Assembly: GCA_051362555.1 (NCBI GenBank) | Contig: CM120647.1 | Span: forward strand, 13,678,651-13,742,650 | From: Lingula anatina | Lineage: Eukaryota; Animalia; Brachiopoda | Direction: 5' to 3' | DNA length: 64,000 bases | Part shown: positions 51,345 through 64,000 of the stretch, piece after piece | Layout: each line of letters opens with the position of its first letter | How positions within the stretch are numbered: position 1 is the first letter of the stretch | Position numbers and translations under genes: made by a program | Notes under the pieces: model-generated | What the model saw: only the letters and a program-made list of their open reading frames with translations | Databases searched by the model: none | Told to the model about the DNA's origin: nothing

Positions 51345-51611
51345 ACTTCTATACTACTGCACTTTCGTGCGGGTATTGCAGGATTAAGTCTTCCTTTCAT
51401 GTAGGTCCGCCATATTTAGGTCGTGGCCTAGCTAGCACTCGGCTACTCTCATTCTGAATGGCCTCATACATGCACTTACCTTAGTTACATCCAGATTTCG
51501 GAATCCCTTAATCAAGGGAGTTGTATCTGGAATACATATTCTAGGATATCCCAATCCCCCTACGACAGCAACTATCAGCGCAAAGAAAATGGCGCGTACC
51601 AAGACAGCCAT
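44216..51611 (-). CDS. Secreted lipocalin (RBP4/purpurin-like), copy 3, 5 exons, 204 aa
   Basis: Exons 51611-51480, 49813-49680, 48854-48763, 47118-46897, 44250-44216; frame intact. LDVTKLTGIWYS, IIDTDYTNY, LWSRR, six Cys. Introns are enlarged by insertions. Confidence 0.9.
44864..45204 (-). CDS. BEN-domain coding exon inside the transposon
   Basis: SSPGNFCVQLMGRLFTMDERI...NVTGVDGRDPICKYRLNYIK...FWKKCISSMN fits the BEN-domain pattern. A pyrimidine-rich cctacag acceptor precedes 45204 and AATAAA lies at ~44825-44830 just after the stop. No upstream exon or ATG was identified. Confidence 0.7.
45748..46086 (+). CDS. Tc1-like transposase with in-frame loss of the catalytic core (HTH region plus C-terminal tail, 112 aa)
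   Basis: MPLSDYVRLRIIAL...SRQAIYYALKKY..G...DKPRSGRPSK (GRPR-like linker) is joined to the tail INHLNKVIPAVLEREGRASGY*. No DDE motifs; AATAAA at ~46102. Confidence 0.7.
   Translation: MPLSDYVRLRIIALREQGVRIKNMTAKMENEGHKESRQAIYYALKKYYEGLGIADKPRSGRPSKVDLRHMNVIDEEMTILTQKSVLYSNKCINHLNKVIPAVLEREGRASGY
46608..46775. mobile_element. Short MITE in intron 4 of lipocalin copy 3
   Basis: TIR caggggcggatccag / ctaaatccgcacctg, flanked by aatat on both sides. Absent at the paralogous site ~40378. Confidence 0.7.
47655..48601. mobile_element. TA-flanked non-autonomous DNA element (Tc1/pogo-like MITE) in intron 3 of lipocalin copy 3
   Basis: TIR ggggagagcggggctag / ctagccccggtctcccc with TA on both sides. 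Paralogous introns are uninterrupted (~36270, ~41490). Confidence 0.8.
50862..51416. mobile_element. Nested MITEs in intron 1 of lipocalin copy 3
   Basis: Outer inverted repeat atatggcagacctatatggaaggaag / cttcctttcatgtaggtccgccatat. Inner TA-flanked element 51033-51373 with TIR cccgcaagaaaacgcagtag / ctactgcactttcgtgcggg. Confidence 0.7.
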
Positions 51612-52981
51612 TCTAGGACCTGTGACTCTGTCCAAATAGAGCGAGGTTCAAAATACTGAGTTAATGTGCAAGATTCAACTGGCATTAGGCCAGCCGATAC
51701 AAATTACGTGTGTGTCTAGCTTATTTCTCTCTTAGCCTCACAAAAGAATACCAATTTTGCATTTATCTTTTGGAATATGATTTGAGGAAAAAAACTGGGC
51801 TATTGTGTTCAATGAATACATATTTCGTTTTGTGATAATGAAGAAAAATAGCTATGTGACCTCCATGTAAACCAACATATTATGAAATATGGCCTGTACA
51901 TCATATTAGTAATGTTAATCATGTACACCGAGGATTATGTGCTTACTGCTACGCAACTTCAGTCCAAGGACTTTTATGTTTTATACGTGTGTATCCTCTG
52001 GCGTAAAGTACAATCTGAGCATCAATTCATACTACCGGTAGAGTCGAGCGTGAAGTTTACAGAACCTTTACTCTTTTTTAAAAGATATTTTCGTCTGTTA
52101 GTTTCAGAAGTACGGGCACGGGTGGATTAATATAGTTTTTTTTTTTTTTTTCTGTTCCTGGGAGTGTTAACGTGGGTTGGAGGAGAAAAATCCGACCGGT
52201 TTTCGCCTTCCTGGGATATTTCAGATATTTATTTAGATGTTTATAAGTATCACCATTTATGTTCGTTAAACATAAAAATTATATAGGCATTTAAACAAAA
52301 GAAATTAATGAAATATTTAAATGAATAAAAATAACTATAACAATAATATATATATCCTTTATAAAACCTGTATAGTTCTGAAACAGGATCTTTGTATACT
52401 GTTGAAACCGTACAAAATTAAGAGTGCTGGAGGTATTCTATTATCTTTCTATCCATCTGTCAACGAATCACACAAGTAAGAAATGGTCATTTCTAAATCA
52501 ATTAAAGATAAAAAACTTTAACAATGTCAAAACATGAAATTGCGTTTTTTTTTTTCTTCTTAGAATAAAAAGAAAAATAAAATATATTTGCCATAAGCTG
52601 TGTTTATTTTAAAGCTTAAAAGGTTTCTGAATATAATATTATAGAAAACCAGCACTAGTCACCAGGTGATTTTAGTTCACCCAGGTTCATGGGAGAAGTT
52701 GACTAGCAGATAGGACATAGTATTAAAAAAGCGAGAAAAAAAAAAAAAAAACGAGTGAACGCGCTTGTCTCACTGCATGTGTTGGTCGCTTTTGCAACAC
52801 AAAGGGTACATCCATCTTTCTCTGGATTTCCTTGGTGCTTAAAGGCATTCAAAGTCTAATAAGGAGAAAATTGCTAGTAATTAAACTGGATGTGCAGATG
52901 CTTTACATTATGTTCGAAGCTGCCTCGCTATGGCATATGATTGGATAATAGCATGCAACTGCCTGCGAGGCTCACTGCGAA

Positions 52982-53462
52982 TTATCCACCTCCCATGCGA
53001 GTTTCTTCCTCTCGAAGGTGGCAGGCTGAAACAGAAATATTAATAAACGTTTTAAAAAGAGCGTATACTCAGGACAGCGTGTATCATTGAGCGTCATAGG
53101 GACCAGAATTACATTAGCTAACTGTGTCATTACCAACAATACTTCAGGCAATATCGAAGCTACAATGCAAGCACATACTTGGTAAATTCCAATTACAGCC
53201 AAGAATACAGATGACTTTCTGTTCAAATATCAAGGCACAGACACGAATACATGCAATTAATGAAAGGAATTCCCGTAATGATAATAATGATAATTAGAAA
53301 AGCACTGACTGATAATGGACCATTAGTTGACTAATGTATCATCACCAAAGTCTTAATGCTCATTTCTTATCTGTCCTTAAAATTTCATCAAAATTCATCC
53401 ACAGCTTTTTGAGTTAGTATGATGAATAATGGACTGACAAAAGGAGTTGAAACCATGAACTC

Positions 53463-53498
<36 letters not shown>

Positions 53499-56400
53499 CT
53501 AATGATTGAGGAATCAAAGCAACCACAGGGCTACAACGTAAAGCGACAACAGAAGTGAAAGAGCATGAAAAACAGCTATCAAAGAAAAAGAGATAAGTGA
53601 ATCAAGTAATCTATTTTACAACATTCTTTACATATTTTAAAGTATTTTAACCAATTTTAGGATTTGTGAATTTTTTTCCTAGAGCTTTCGACCATTACCC
53701 ATATATTCTTGGTCACTATGCCCCTAGTATTGACGACCCAATATTATGGCGGGGCGGGGGGGTACAGGATTCCTTCTATATTCCTAAAAGGAAATATACA
53801 TTTACCTTTTTCGTGTTCCGAGAAACGGAACCCTTCAAAAGATTTACACAACCTTGTGTCAATCATCTTCATTCCGCGGTAAGCGTAAACAGGCTCCAGG
53901 TCAGGACTTCGACCCCAAATCTGGATCGCTTCTTTCTCACACCACCCCTGCCTATCCTCTCCGTAGCAAATAACAGAGACCAGGGAGTTGTCATAGTCCG
54001 TGTATATAATCTTAAAATGGTTTTTGCCTGCAATGGAATGAGAAACTGGATTTAGGTCTGAAAAACGGCTAAGAGTAATATGCAAAATGAGAAACAGGGT
54101 CTATGTATAAAAAATAATGATGGTTTTAATTCTTATACAGTTGTTCGTCTTAGTTAATGCTGCCAGAAAAAAAGGCTACTAAAATTTGTTTCGAAATCAT
54201 TTTATAGCCTAATATCATAGATGTCCCTTTTGAGTGGGGGAAATAAATACATAAATTATCTTTGTTGACGAATAAAGAATAACTCACTGTCTGGTGGACC
54301 AAAGGCGTATACCCCAGACTGCCCTGTGGGTTGTAGGCTAGAGAGCTCATTGATAACTATACACGCTTGTCCGTCTTTCCTAAAATGAAAGGAGCATATG
54401 CTTTCCTTTTTGGATATTCTTTGTCAAGCATACAATACATTGTAATTCTGCACTGCAACCTTTTTTGTAGAATGAAGATGATCACGACTTTGTTTTATAA
54501 CCATGAGAAAAGGTATCTGCAATATTATTTAAACATTAAACTATAACGCCATGCAAAAAAATAGAGGAGAGAACTACGCTTGGCGCTGCGCTTATCATTC
54601 AAGCGGGGAAAAAGGAAACGCGTTTATGGTATAGATACAGTACGAGGCGCTGAGCTTTACGAGGAATAGTGCAGGTAATTGGCGAGGCGAAGCCGAGACA
54701 ATTATCTGTTCCATTTCTCGTAAAGCTCAGCGCTGAGTGCTTTATCTGGTTTAAAGCACGAGTAATTAACCCTGTGCATTGGTGCGTGGAACCATTCGTG
54801 GATGACGTGACTTTACACGAAATAAAGCACGGCGCGACCTATTGTTTTTTGACAGGAGAGTGCTTTAAGTATTCCTCAACAGCAGACTGGGATAGCTTCT
54901 TTGTATGTACCCCTGCATTTATCTGTCTTTATCAAACTGCTCCAAAGTAAAAATTATATGCTCAGAAACTTTTAATCTGACCATGGATAAAATTAGGGAA
55001 TTTTGTCCGTGATCTGATACAACATTTAACTCACTTGTTTGCAGAGTAAACATTTTAATTTTTTATAACAGAATGAAATGGGGAGCTCGAGGGGATACCT
55101 TTAGTTTTGGCGTCAGTAAATGGCCAAGGGCTTATTTATTTATTTTGAGTGGCATAAGTAGGGAAATTTCACCCAACCACGTGTGTTGGCTGTAATGTTA
55201 GGAGATATCTGCTAGCGTGTTCTTATCAATACACAAAACTCGTCTAATTTTATGTAGAAATAAATACATTGGAAGCAACACATTATACTGGTGCCTTTTA
55301 ATTGTATAATAACAGTTGGGACACATCGTTTCATTATGCTTAAGGTGTTGTTATACATTATTGTACAATACAGTACGTATCGTTCGCTGAAATGATCAGG
55401 GCTGCAATGCATGTTATCTTTTGAAAACGTTTTGTTTGAATGATAAGGGCTTCATTTACACTTTACTGAAATCAGGCCTACCTAACTTCCAGACTCGGCA
55501 CCGAATGATCCCGAATTCACCGTTAGATCGGACCACAATACCCGTTTTCAAGGTGTGTGTCAGTACGTATTTCACACCATCATACCCCGGAACAAATTTT
55601 TGGATGAGATGCACTACTTTCCAACCACGCAGAGAGATATAGGCAAGAGCAGTGTCGCGTCTGATACTTCGAAAAGCATACTGACGCACACCTTGAAAAC
55701 GGGTAGTGCGGTCCGATATACCTGTGAATTCAGGATCATTCGGTGCCGAGTCTGGTAGTTGGGTAGGACTAGAAATGTTGTACGTACGGCAACGCTTCCA
55801 CAAGGATTGACAAAGTTCCATTTTCGCCCGCTGTTACGTAGGGAGCGTATTCCGTTAAAAGATGGTCATCCGGCACCATGGGATGGCGTCGCCATAGGTA
55901 ACCGTACCAGATGCCTGTCATCTAGAAATGAAATATATATTATACCCGGATATCCGTGCTTTGGTCAACGCTTACAGTAATGTATGTCGGTGTATCGGTG
56001 GCAGGCAAAATTTGTATTTTTAGCTGTGGTATTCAAACTAATCTTTAAAATTGGGTTAAATTTTATGGTCGCCGTTGTAATTTGCGAACAATCAAGATAC
56101 GTAGAAAAATATATTTATCTATTTTGGACAATAACAACGCATTTATTTTGTTGGTGCGGCACGTTTTGTCCAAATTTGAAAGATAGAAAGGCAGGAATTT
56201 ATTGGAAAAACAACCGCCACATTTGCACTAAAAGCTCATACAAGCAGTAGAATATGGACGTAATTGAAATCTGAATAGCTGCAGTGCAATTGAAACGTTT
56301 GCCAGAAAAGTTCAGATATAACTGAAAATCTCAAGGATGTCTTGGAAAACAAGATAAACTTCAGTGGACTAAATACCATGCACTTAAATGACATGCACAA

Positions 56401-57102
56401 ATGCAGATTGCTAATTTGATACTTATTTTTAAATCACAAGATAGGAAAATTCATTTCCAGTAGCCTCAAAATAAATAAGATACAATTAAAATTTACTTTT
56501 TAACGTTACAACATTTATACAATGCCAGACGTATTGGGTTGAAAAATGCATAAAATACATAGGAAACAGAATTACAAAACACCAAAGTGTGCCAATAATT
56601 TTTTTTTTTTTTTTTTTTTTTTTTTTGAAAATCGTACTGGGTTCCTGCCTTTTTACTAAACAAAACCTAAAAAGTAATGATGATTGTTAGCGAACTCAAA
56701 CTAAAGCTTTATTTATTACCGGTAAAGCTCCTTATTAGTTTGAATACAAACGAAAGTACGGTTATGGAGTTTTTGTGATATAAAGACACAAACAATAACT
56801 CATTCTGTGGAAAAAATTAGAAATAAGTCGCTCGACAAAATAGAATTAATTCAATTATTGAATACCATTAAATATGGAATTTAAGGACACACTACCTTTC
56901 ATGAATGAATGAACAAGAACACTGTGATTAAACATGGAATTCATCCCTTGGTCAGGCCATCTGCCTTTAACTATCTGCTCACCTTTTCCGGTTCCATATT
57001 CTGCATTCCACGAGGATTGCAATGTTTCACTTCACCTTCACGGACACTCTGACAAGAAACTACACAAAAAACGAGGAAAACGAAGAACAGAAGACCAGTC
57101 AT
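52982..57102 (-). CDS. Secreted lipocalin (RBP4/purpurin-like), copy 4 (most divergent), 5 exons, 203 aa
   Basis: Exons 57102-56983, 55921-55788, 54379-54288, 54027-53806, 53025-52982. Signal peptide MTGLLFFVFLVFCVVSC; MEPEKMTGIWYG, IIYTDYDNS, IWGRS. Internal exon sizes are the same as in the other copies (134/92/222). Confidence 0.88.
54490..55070. repeat. Repeat insertion with a central palindrome (possibly Crypton-like, non-autonomous)
   Basis: gcgctgagctttacgag...gcgaggcgaagccgag...ctcgtaaagctcagcgc hairpin at ~54647-54732. Family and limits are uncertain. Confidence 0.4.
55481..55763. mobile_element. Foldback MITE with ~95-bp TIRs in intron 2 of lipocalin copy 4
   Basis: cctaacttccagactcggcaccgaatgatcc...cccgttttcaaggtgtg is inverted at 55670-55763; TA flanks. 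Confidence 0.85.
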
Positions 57103-57446
57103 GGTTATTCCACAATCGTCAACGGTTTAAATAGTCTAGTGTTGCGTTAAAACCATAGCAGTTATATACCTGCAGACGAACCAAACTATCAAATTCTGTC
57201 AGTGCATACTGGTATCTGCTTATGCACAAACATATGAAAAACATAGAGGCTGATCTAAGCTGCAACAAAACACAATTATTGAAAAGAAAACGTTTGTAAT
57301 TTCTTTTTCAAATCTGCTAAAAAGCGTGTATTATCGGCGTAGACTGTCTACATCGTTCTCAGTGGTCTCTGATATAGAGAACACGTGTATGCGATGGGCA
57401 TATGGTTTTGCAGTATATTATATGCATACATATACACATTATACAC

Positions 57447-58770
57447 AGAGATGTTCAAGGCCCTTGCAAAAGAAGGTACTGGCATGATTTGGAATCTAGT
57501 CAGTGAAATATATGAGACTGGAAATTTTCCGAAGGACATGCTCAAATCCATCTTCATCACCCTACCAAAAGCCCCGGGGACACTTGATTGCTCAAGTCAT
57601 CGCACAATAAGCCTGATGTCCCACTTTCTCAAAATCCTATTGAAAACCATCTTACAAAGAATTTAACGCAAAATTCTGCCAGAAATTCCACCCTACCAGT
57701 TTGGTTTCATGAAAGACAGAGACACCAGAAATGCCATATTTCTCAGAATGCTCAGCAAGAGAACCCTACTACATCAACAAGACATGTACATGGTTTCCAT
57801 CGACAATCAAAAAGCATTTGACAAGATCCGACATGAGGAGCTCTTCAGAATGCTTCCAAAAATTCAAATAGGTGACAAAGATATGCGGGTTATGAGATCA
57901 GTCTACTGCGATCAACTTGCAGCAGTCCGCCTTCCTCAACTGGTTCCCCATCAAAAGAGGATTGCGTCAGGGCTGTGTCATGTCCCCAGACCTTTTAAAC
58001 TTATAATCCGAAATGATCTTGAGAGATCTGGAGGATCGTCCGGAAGGAGTCACAGTCAATGGTGTCAGGATAAACAATCTCCGCTATGCCGATGATACAG
58101 TTATTTTAGATACATTCAGTGAGGATCTCCAAAATCTTTTCGATGCTGCCGTTGCCTCCAGAGCAAAGCTTGGACTACATGTCAACAGCAAGAAAACAAA
58201 AACCATGGTGGTTTCAAAATCAGAGGTCACACCACTTTGCAGGTTGCTTTAGTGGAACACTCCCATCGACCAGGTCTCCTCATTCAACTATCTTGGGGTC
58301 CGTGTGACACCCAACGCCTGTTGCAAGAGAGAAATCCAAAGAAGAATTGGTCAAGCGACAAAATACATTCACCCCCCTCGGCCCAATCTTCAAGGATCAT
58401 AGGCTCTCCTTACAGATAAAGACCCGCCTCCTTAAAACCCATGTTTGGTTTACTCTTCTGTATGGCTGTGAGTTTTGGACTTTGACAGCAGAAACTCAAC
58501 CTAACGTTGAAGCAGCTGAATTGTGGTTCTACAGGCGAATGCTCCGAATCTCCTACATTGATCATGTTACAAAAGAAGAGGTCGTTAAACTGATTGACCA
58601 AAAAAGACAGCTTCTCAACACTGTCAGAGAAAGACAACTGAAGTTTGGGACATTGCATCAGAAAAGAGTGATTAGAAGATCTTAGCCTTAGCGGTAGAAT
58701 ACCTGGCAAAAGTGCCTGAGGCAGACAACGAAAGTCCTTACCTTAGCCACGTTCTTACCTCATGTTTAAC
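57447..58770 (+). mobile_element. RTE-clade LINE reverse transcriptase fragment, degenerate
   Basis: IYETGNFP.D.LKSIFITLPK, HRTISLMSH, KAFDKIRH, INNLRYADDTV, LLYGCE.WTL, EAAELWFYRRMLRISY, spread over frameshifted ORFs. Confidence 0.92.
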
Positions 58771-60079
58771 TATGTTCAAAATGGCATCGTTCTCTTTCCC
58801 GACTTGTTATCTCCATTCTCTGGTCACCACCCAGACCCCTTCTCCAACTACTCTCCTAAAGTCATGGCTGGATCGACCCAACTCTATGAGAGATTTTCCT
58901 TATATGCAATAATTGTAATTGGTTTAAATGTCTGACACGTCTCTAGTTGCTGGGGGTATATTAATTACCTGTAGCTGCTCGGGGAGGTACGTCAGACAAT
59001 AAATCAGATTACTGAATCCACTTTAGCGAGAACTCCCCGCAGAGTTGGATAGATCCTGTTGGTGTGATGTTTGAATCTAAACACAGTCCAAAACTCTCAG
59101 TGTCCCCTGAACAATGGTAACACAGGATCATAGGATGAGAAAAATGTTAGAATCGCTGCGTTGAAGGCCTACGTGTACGTGCATCTAGGGTAATTATCTG
59201 TGCAGACTGTTTTACTCTATCAAACGATAATTGACGGAAAACTGATACACTTCTGATGGCCTGGGAGCATGAAAAATACCAACTTTTCCTTACCGCCCCC
59301 CCCCCCCCCCCCAAAAAAAAAAAAAGAGAAAATGAATACAAAATGAATAAATAAAAGCCTAGATATAAATACAATCTATATGAAGGAGGAGAGGGAGGTA
59401 TTGCCCCCTCTGAACCACTGTCCCCTACAGCCTAACGCAATTTGCCATTTCTTCTTTCTTTAGAGCCGACTTCAGTGTTTTCAACGTCCTCTGCAAGTCA
59501 GGGTGTTACTGGAAATAGTATACATATAGACAAATGGAGATTCATTTCACAATAGAAAACTTTTCAGGCAATAAAGGCATGCACAACTGTTTTTCCCCTT
59601 GTTAAATCAATGTTAAATCCTCGTTAAAATATGTTTCCAATTCAATATGCATAATTACCTCATTCTCGACATTTATGAATCGGGGAACGTGCTTCATGAC
59701 AACAAATCCTAAATAGGCTTGCTTCTGTATTTCCAGTCCATCATTCTCACACTGTTGCAATGAATGGAATCAAATCAAATCGCTCACTTTGTTAGATGAG
59801 ACTTCACTTGTGCTAAATGCTTTAGATGAGACAATCGGGTATTCCTGGTTTACAAATTGTAAATTATGCTTCCAAAGAGATATTCAGACAAACAATGATA
59901 ATAAATGCACTTCAAAGCACAACTTCTTAACATTACAAAGTTGTCACCCACAATCTTTAAAATCATATCACTCAAAGAGCTAACTCTAGCATTTCTTTCA
60001 AGAAAAGAAATTATATCACTGAAAATGTATTCACAATTTACAAGAGCACAACCATTCCAAATAGTATATAGATATATTT

Positions 60080-62199
60080 AAATATAGTAGTGCCTTCAAT
60101 GACATCTGCACGCTGTGTTTCACTGTGCTGTGCTTCTTATTGTTGAGCACCAGTGCCTGACGCATTCTCCCATAAAAGCTTGAAGATGAGAGATGCAATG
60201 AGGGCTAGATCAAGTTATAGCTGGGTCCTCATTGCCCTAGCCAGAGCCTTCCCTGGAAATCATGTGACTTACTGTATTGGCAGCAAATACGGTTTCAAGA
60301 AGCTGTCACAGTCCTGCTCCTGTCATGAACTGACATATGCACCAAAGGTAGCTCATCTCTTTGTGGAAGCCATCAAGCCTTGCAACTGGAGATGGTAGTA
60401 TATTGGATTCTGGTTCACTTTCAACAGTAGTATGGTCCTTCCACCACAGTGGTTGATCACAGGTTATTACTGGGGGTGGCCCTGTAATGTTGAACACGTG
60501 AACACATTAAATTCAATGTGGAGAAGATGCATGAGAATTCTGTAGAGCCATATCTACCAGAGGAAGAAACATGACAGATGCCTTTTCTGGGTGATTCCCT
60601 CTAGTCACCACTTGCCCATGTAAAAATCCCATAGTGGTTTGGGCTGTGGCTGGAAAGCAGGTAAGGACAGTTTCCACAATAAGTTGGTTTTCTGGTAGGT
60701 TCCGATTCCTAGATATTTGGGTTTTCCATGTTGGTGAATGTGGTAACAAATACTCCGGGATTCTGTCCCTTGTGTGGCCCTGGAGTCCTTCTCATATCTT
60801 ACTATTAGGAGTAGGAGCAACAGAATCCATGCAATTAGTTTCCAAAATGTTTATGCAGTTCTTCACTAAAACCTATTTGTTCGGACCAGCAGTACATTTG
60901 GCCTAGCTAATTATATGATTGCTTGTCCAATTGATGCAAATTCCAGTCCGCCTAAAAAAAAAGACTGACATTGTGTTTGGTGCTACTGTTGACTGTACAC
61001 CTGTACAACTTTTTAAAAATAAATTACAAAACTTACTGTTAATACCTCCATTATTTATTCATCAATATTATTTATAAAGAGGGTAAAACAACATTCTTGA
61101 GTTGAATATTACTGAAGATTTACTGTTTGGATTTTTTTATTTATGAAGCCTTATGAATACTCTTGCTGACGACCATATTGGAAAATGCTTTGAACAGGTA
61201 CATAGATGGGCATAATAAATAATACAAAAAATATTATTTTCCATATATAATTGATTTATGGTATTAGCAAATAAATATTTGTTCCCAGAATGATGAGAAG
61301 TTCTGTCCTGTCCACTTATTCAGAATCCTTATTTGTCACACTATGACTCACATTTCTCCAAGAGAGCTATATTTCGCAGCCAAACCTCACAGAGTTGTTG
61401 CGAATGATATAATGATTATAGTTAACGCTAAAAAAATCCATTGCATATCTTTAAAAACATAATTTGCAATTTTAGGCAACGTTTTAGCCTTTGCCTGACC
61501 TTTCACTTTGGTAAATAATTCCTATTAAATAAGGTTTTCCTTTCAGTGAAAATGTCCTTTTAATTCAACTTTATTTTATTTCTTTACTTTTGCGTATCTT
61601 TTTAGGTTTTAACTTCATTTATTTTAGCAAAATACTACCTAAATTGAACGACACCATTTACTTACAGTGACACAATATAATGGTGGCCATCTTGGAAAAA
61701 AGCTGCCTTAAAAACCTTTTTCCACCACTTAGATTTTTCTAGATTTTAAATATATTTAAATTTGGATATTTAGCTTTCTCATATACCTCATAACACTTTT
61801 TTGGCACTGAGTCCCTACTGATAAAAAACTGTTTATAAAATTAAGTCTTATAAAACCTTATGAATACTCTTCCTGGCGGTCAACATTTCAGGTAAAAATC
61901 TGTGTAAATGACCTTTACCTGACCTTTGTCCCAAAGCCAAAGACCTTTGATAAAAAATTTATATTAAATAAGTTTTTATTTTCTTTTCGACAAAGTGTTC
62001 TTTGTCTGTAAGACCGGATATATTCCAAGGTCTTAATCTCGTTTATTCCAGAAAAAATACTCCCAAAATATAAAGACCCCCTTTACCTAAAGTGACATAA
62101 TATATTGACGGTCCTCTTGAAAAAAACTGCCTTACAAACCACTACCTACAATCTAACATGTTAAAATTTGGATATTTAGCTTTCTAAAAAACGTCATTA

Positions 62200-62245
<46 letters not shown>

Positions 62246-62292
62246 AATTAGTCCTGGGTTAGACCAAATTTTGTGCTCAGTTTACTAGTCTA
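60080..62292 (-). mobile_element. Degenerate DNA transposon, probably Academ-like
   Basis: Minus-strand relic PVITCDQPLWWK...VARLDGFH..MSYL..I...MTGAGL (60306-60497). Repeated subterminal blocks lie at 61150-62200 and a candidate terminus ends ...actagtcta. The superfamily call is from motif memory only. Confidence 0.5.
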
Positions 62293-62678
62293 ACATTACT
62301 TTTAAAACTTCTAGGCAGAATTTACAAATGTTGACAACCTTCACATTCATATATTCAACCAATTAAAAAAATTAAACTGACGGACTGAATGTCTAGACAT
62401 ATGAGGTTTTTTCTATGAAAGCGTCTCATACATCTTTTATTGAAATCGCATATTATAATACTGGTACCAACAACTTTCAATTCAGAGACTACTTTGATCT
62501 ATTTTATACGGGAATGCAATGCAGAATGAATGGAGAATCGTGTTGAATAATTGAAATACATTCATAGGGGTAAAAAGTGTGAAAATTAGAAATTACGATG
62601 AACAGCTTATAAAACTTAATTCGTTTTCGTAGATCATAGGACTACTTGTATCAAATGAAACCAGTGCAATTGAGATAA

Positions 62679-62714
<36 letters not shown>

Positions 62715-63383
62715 GCAGTACCCAAGACATATGTTCTTATACCGGTAGTCTTGAAAAGTTTATACACTTATAGCCTTTTATTTGAAAACGTATTACTAAA
62801 AAAAGGTCCATTTCTTCTGTCAATTTTGATTATAAAACTATCGTCAATATGAATTCGCCTTTCACTGTACAATTCTCTCTCGTTTTTATCAAAATTATTT
62901 AGAACTTAATTTACAGTGTTCAAGGCGTGTAAAAACAGACCATACAGACCTGTGGCCGCTATATGTGTCTCTTGGAGACAAATTGTATTTGTTTTCCTTC
63001 ATAGATGCTAGTATATACGAAGGTTATCAAACGGTACGGTTTAGAACTATGATTCAGCTGACCTAAATTGCAATTTTAAGAGGGACCACTGGTGTGATTT
63101 TTTCAGAAATTGAAGAGGGAAGGTTAGGACCCCCCCCCCCCCCCGACACACCCTAAATAGGTAACTGCGTGATATTACCTATTATATTATGTAGTTTTAA
63201 GTATTTTACTAAATCATTTTTTTCACTTTTCATGTAATTTAATACCATTCGTGTGCAAGTTTATGTGATCAACCACTCAGACATTATATTTATATTTCAG
63301 ATACTGTGAAGTGCATGTAGAATTCCTGATAGACCACTTTGTTTAAAAGGTTATTCTTTTAAGGCTCATGCAAGCTCGTGTGT

Positions 63384-63414
<31 letters not shown>

Positions 63415-64000
63415 GTAGGGGGGGGTGTTCACAGTTCACAATTCCCTGCAATAAAAACTCAATTAGTATCTCATTGAAAATGTAAGTCTGGGTATAACAA
63501 CAATGCCTTCGTCTGAATAATGACGAAGAATAAAAGGCCGCATTTACCAGTCGGGGCAGGGGAATGGGGGGCTTCAACGCTCACGCTGTGAACGTTTCAC
63601 CTATTTCGGAAGATAAATCAGTGGCTTTCACGGGTAACTATAATACCCAATAGGGCCCTTAATTTAGCTCGTTAGTAACGGCTAATATGGGTTAAAACAA
63701 AGCTAAATAGGCATTTCAACTTTAATGTACACAAATGAAGATTTTCATTCCAAAATCACATTTATGGAGTTATCCTGGGGTAAACGGCATTTATCTTCAT
63801 TTTTCTTTCCTGACGCTCTTTAGAACACTGTAACAATTTTGGAAAAAGGAGATCCAAACAATGTTTCGCACTACAATGTCTCGACTAACAGATATCGCGC
63901 GACTTTACAGACAGTGCCAAGATGGCTCACTACCAAGGGTGGGCAAGGGACGGTGAATATGATTTATTTTTGGCGATATTGATTAAGGCCATTCATCTTT

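Noticed and set aside
55421-55821. Overlapping ORFs on both strands (up to 121 aa)
   Set aside because: They run through the foldback MITE and an intron; the true exon is 55921-55788 in another frame.

Overview
AT-rich eukaryotic genomic DNA with spliced genes, microsatellites and many transposon relics. The repeat types suggest a marine invertebrate, probably a mollusc or other lophotrochozoan (inference). Manual exon reconstruction using GT/AG sites and frame continuity gives three gene groups. (1) Two tandem minus-strand TRPC-like cation channel paralogs: one complete 12-exon model of about 1038 aa (11956-19751), and the first coding exon of a second copy running off the left edge. (2) A 3-exon plus-strand CARD-like/coiled-coil gene with a GC-AG intron and a C-terminal Cys cluster (28123-31300). 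(3) A four-copy minus-strand array of secreted lipocalins with an RBP4/purpurin-like six-Cys pattern (34827-57102); three copies are intact and one has lost exon 2. Mobile DNA includes several Tc1/mariner elements (one carrying a BEN-domain exon), RTE LINE fragments, EnSpm-like and Academ-like transposase relics, a Helentron-type element and many MITEs. No CRISPR array, rRNA or tRNA was recognised. Family calls rest on motif recognition by eye, not database searches.
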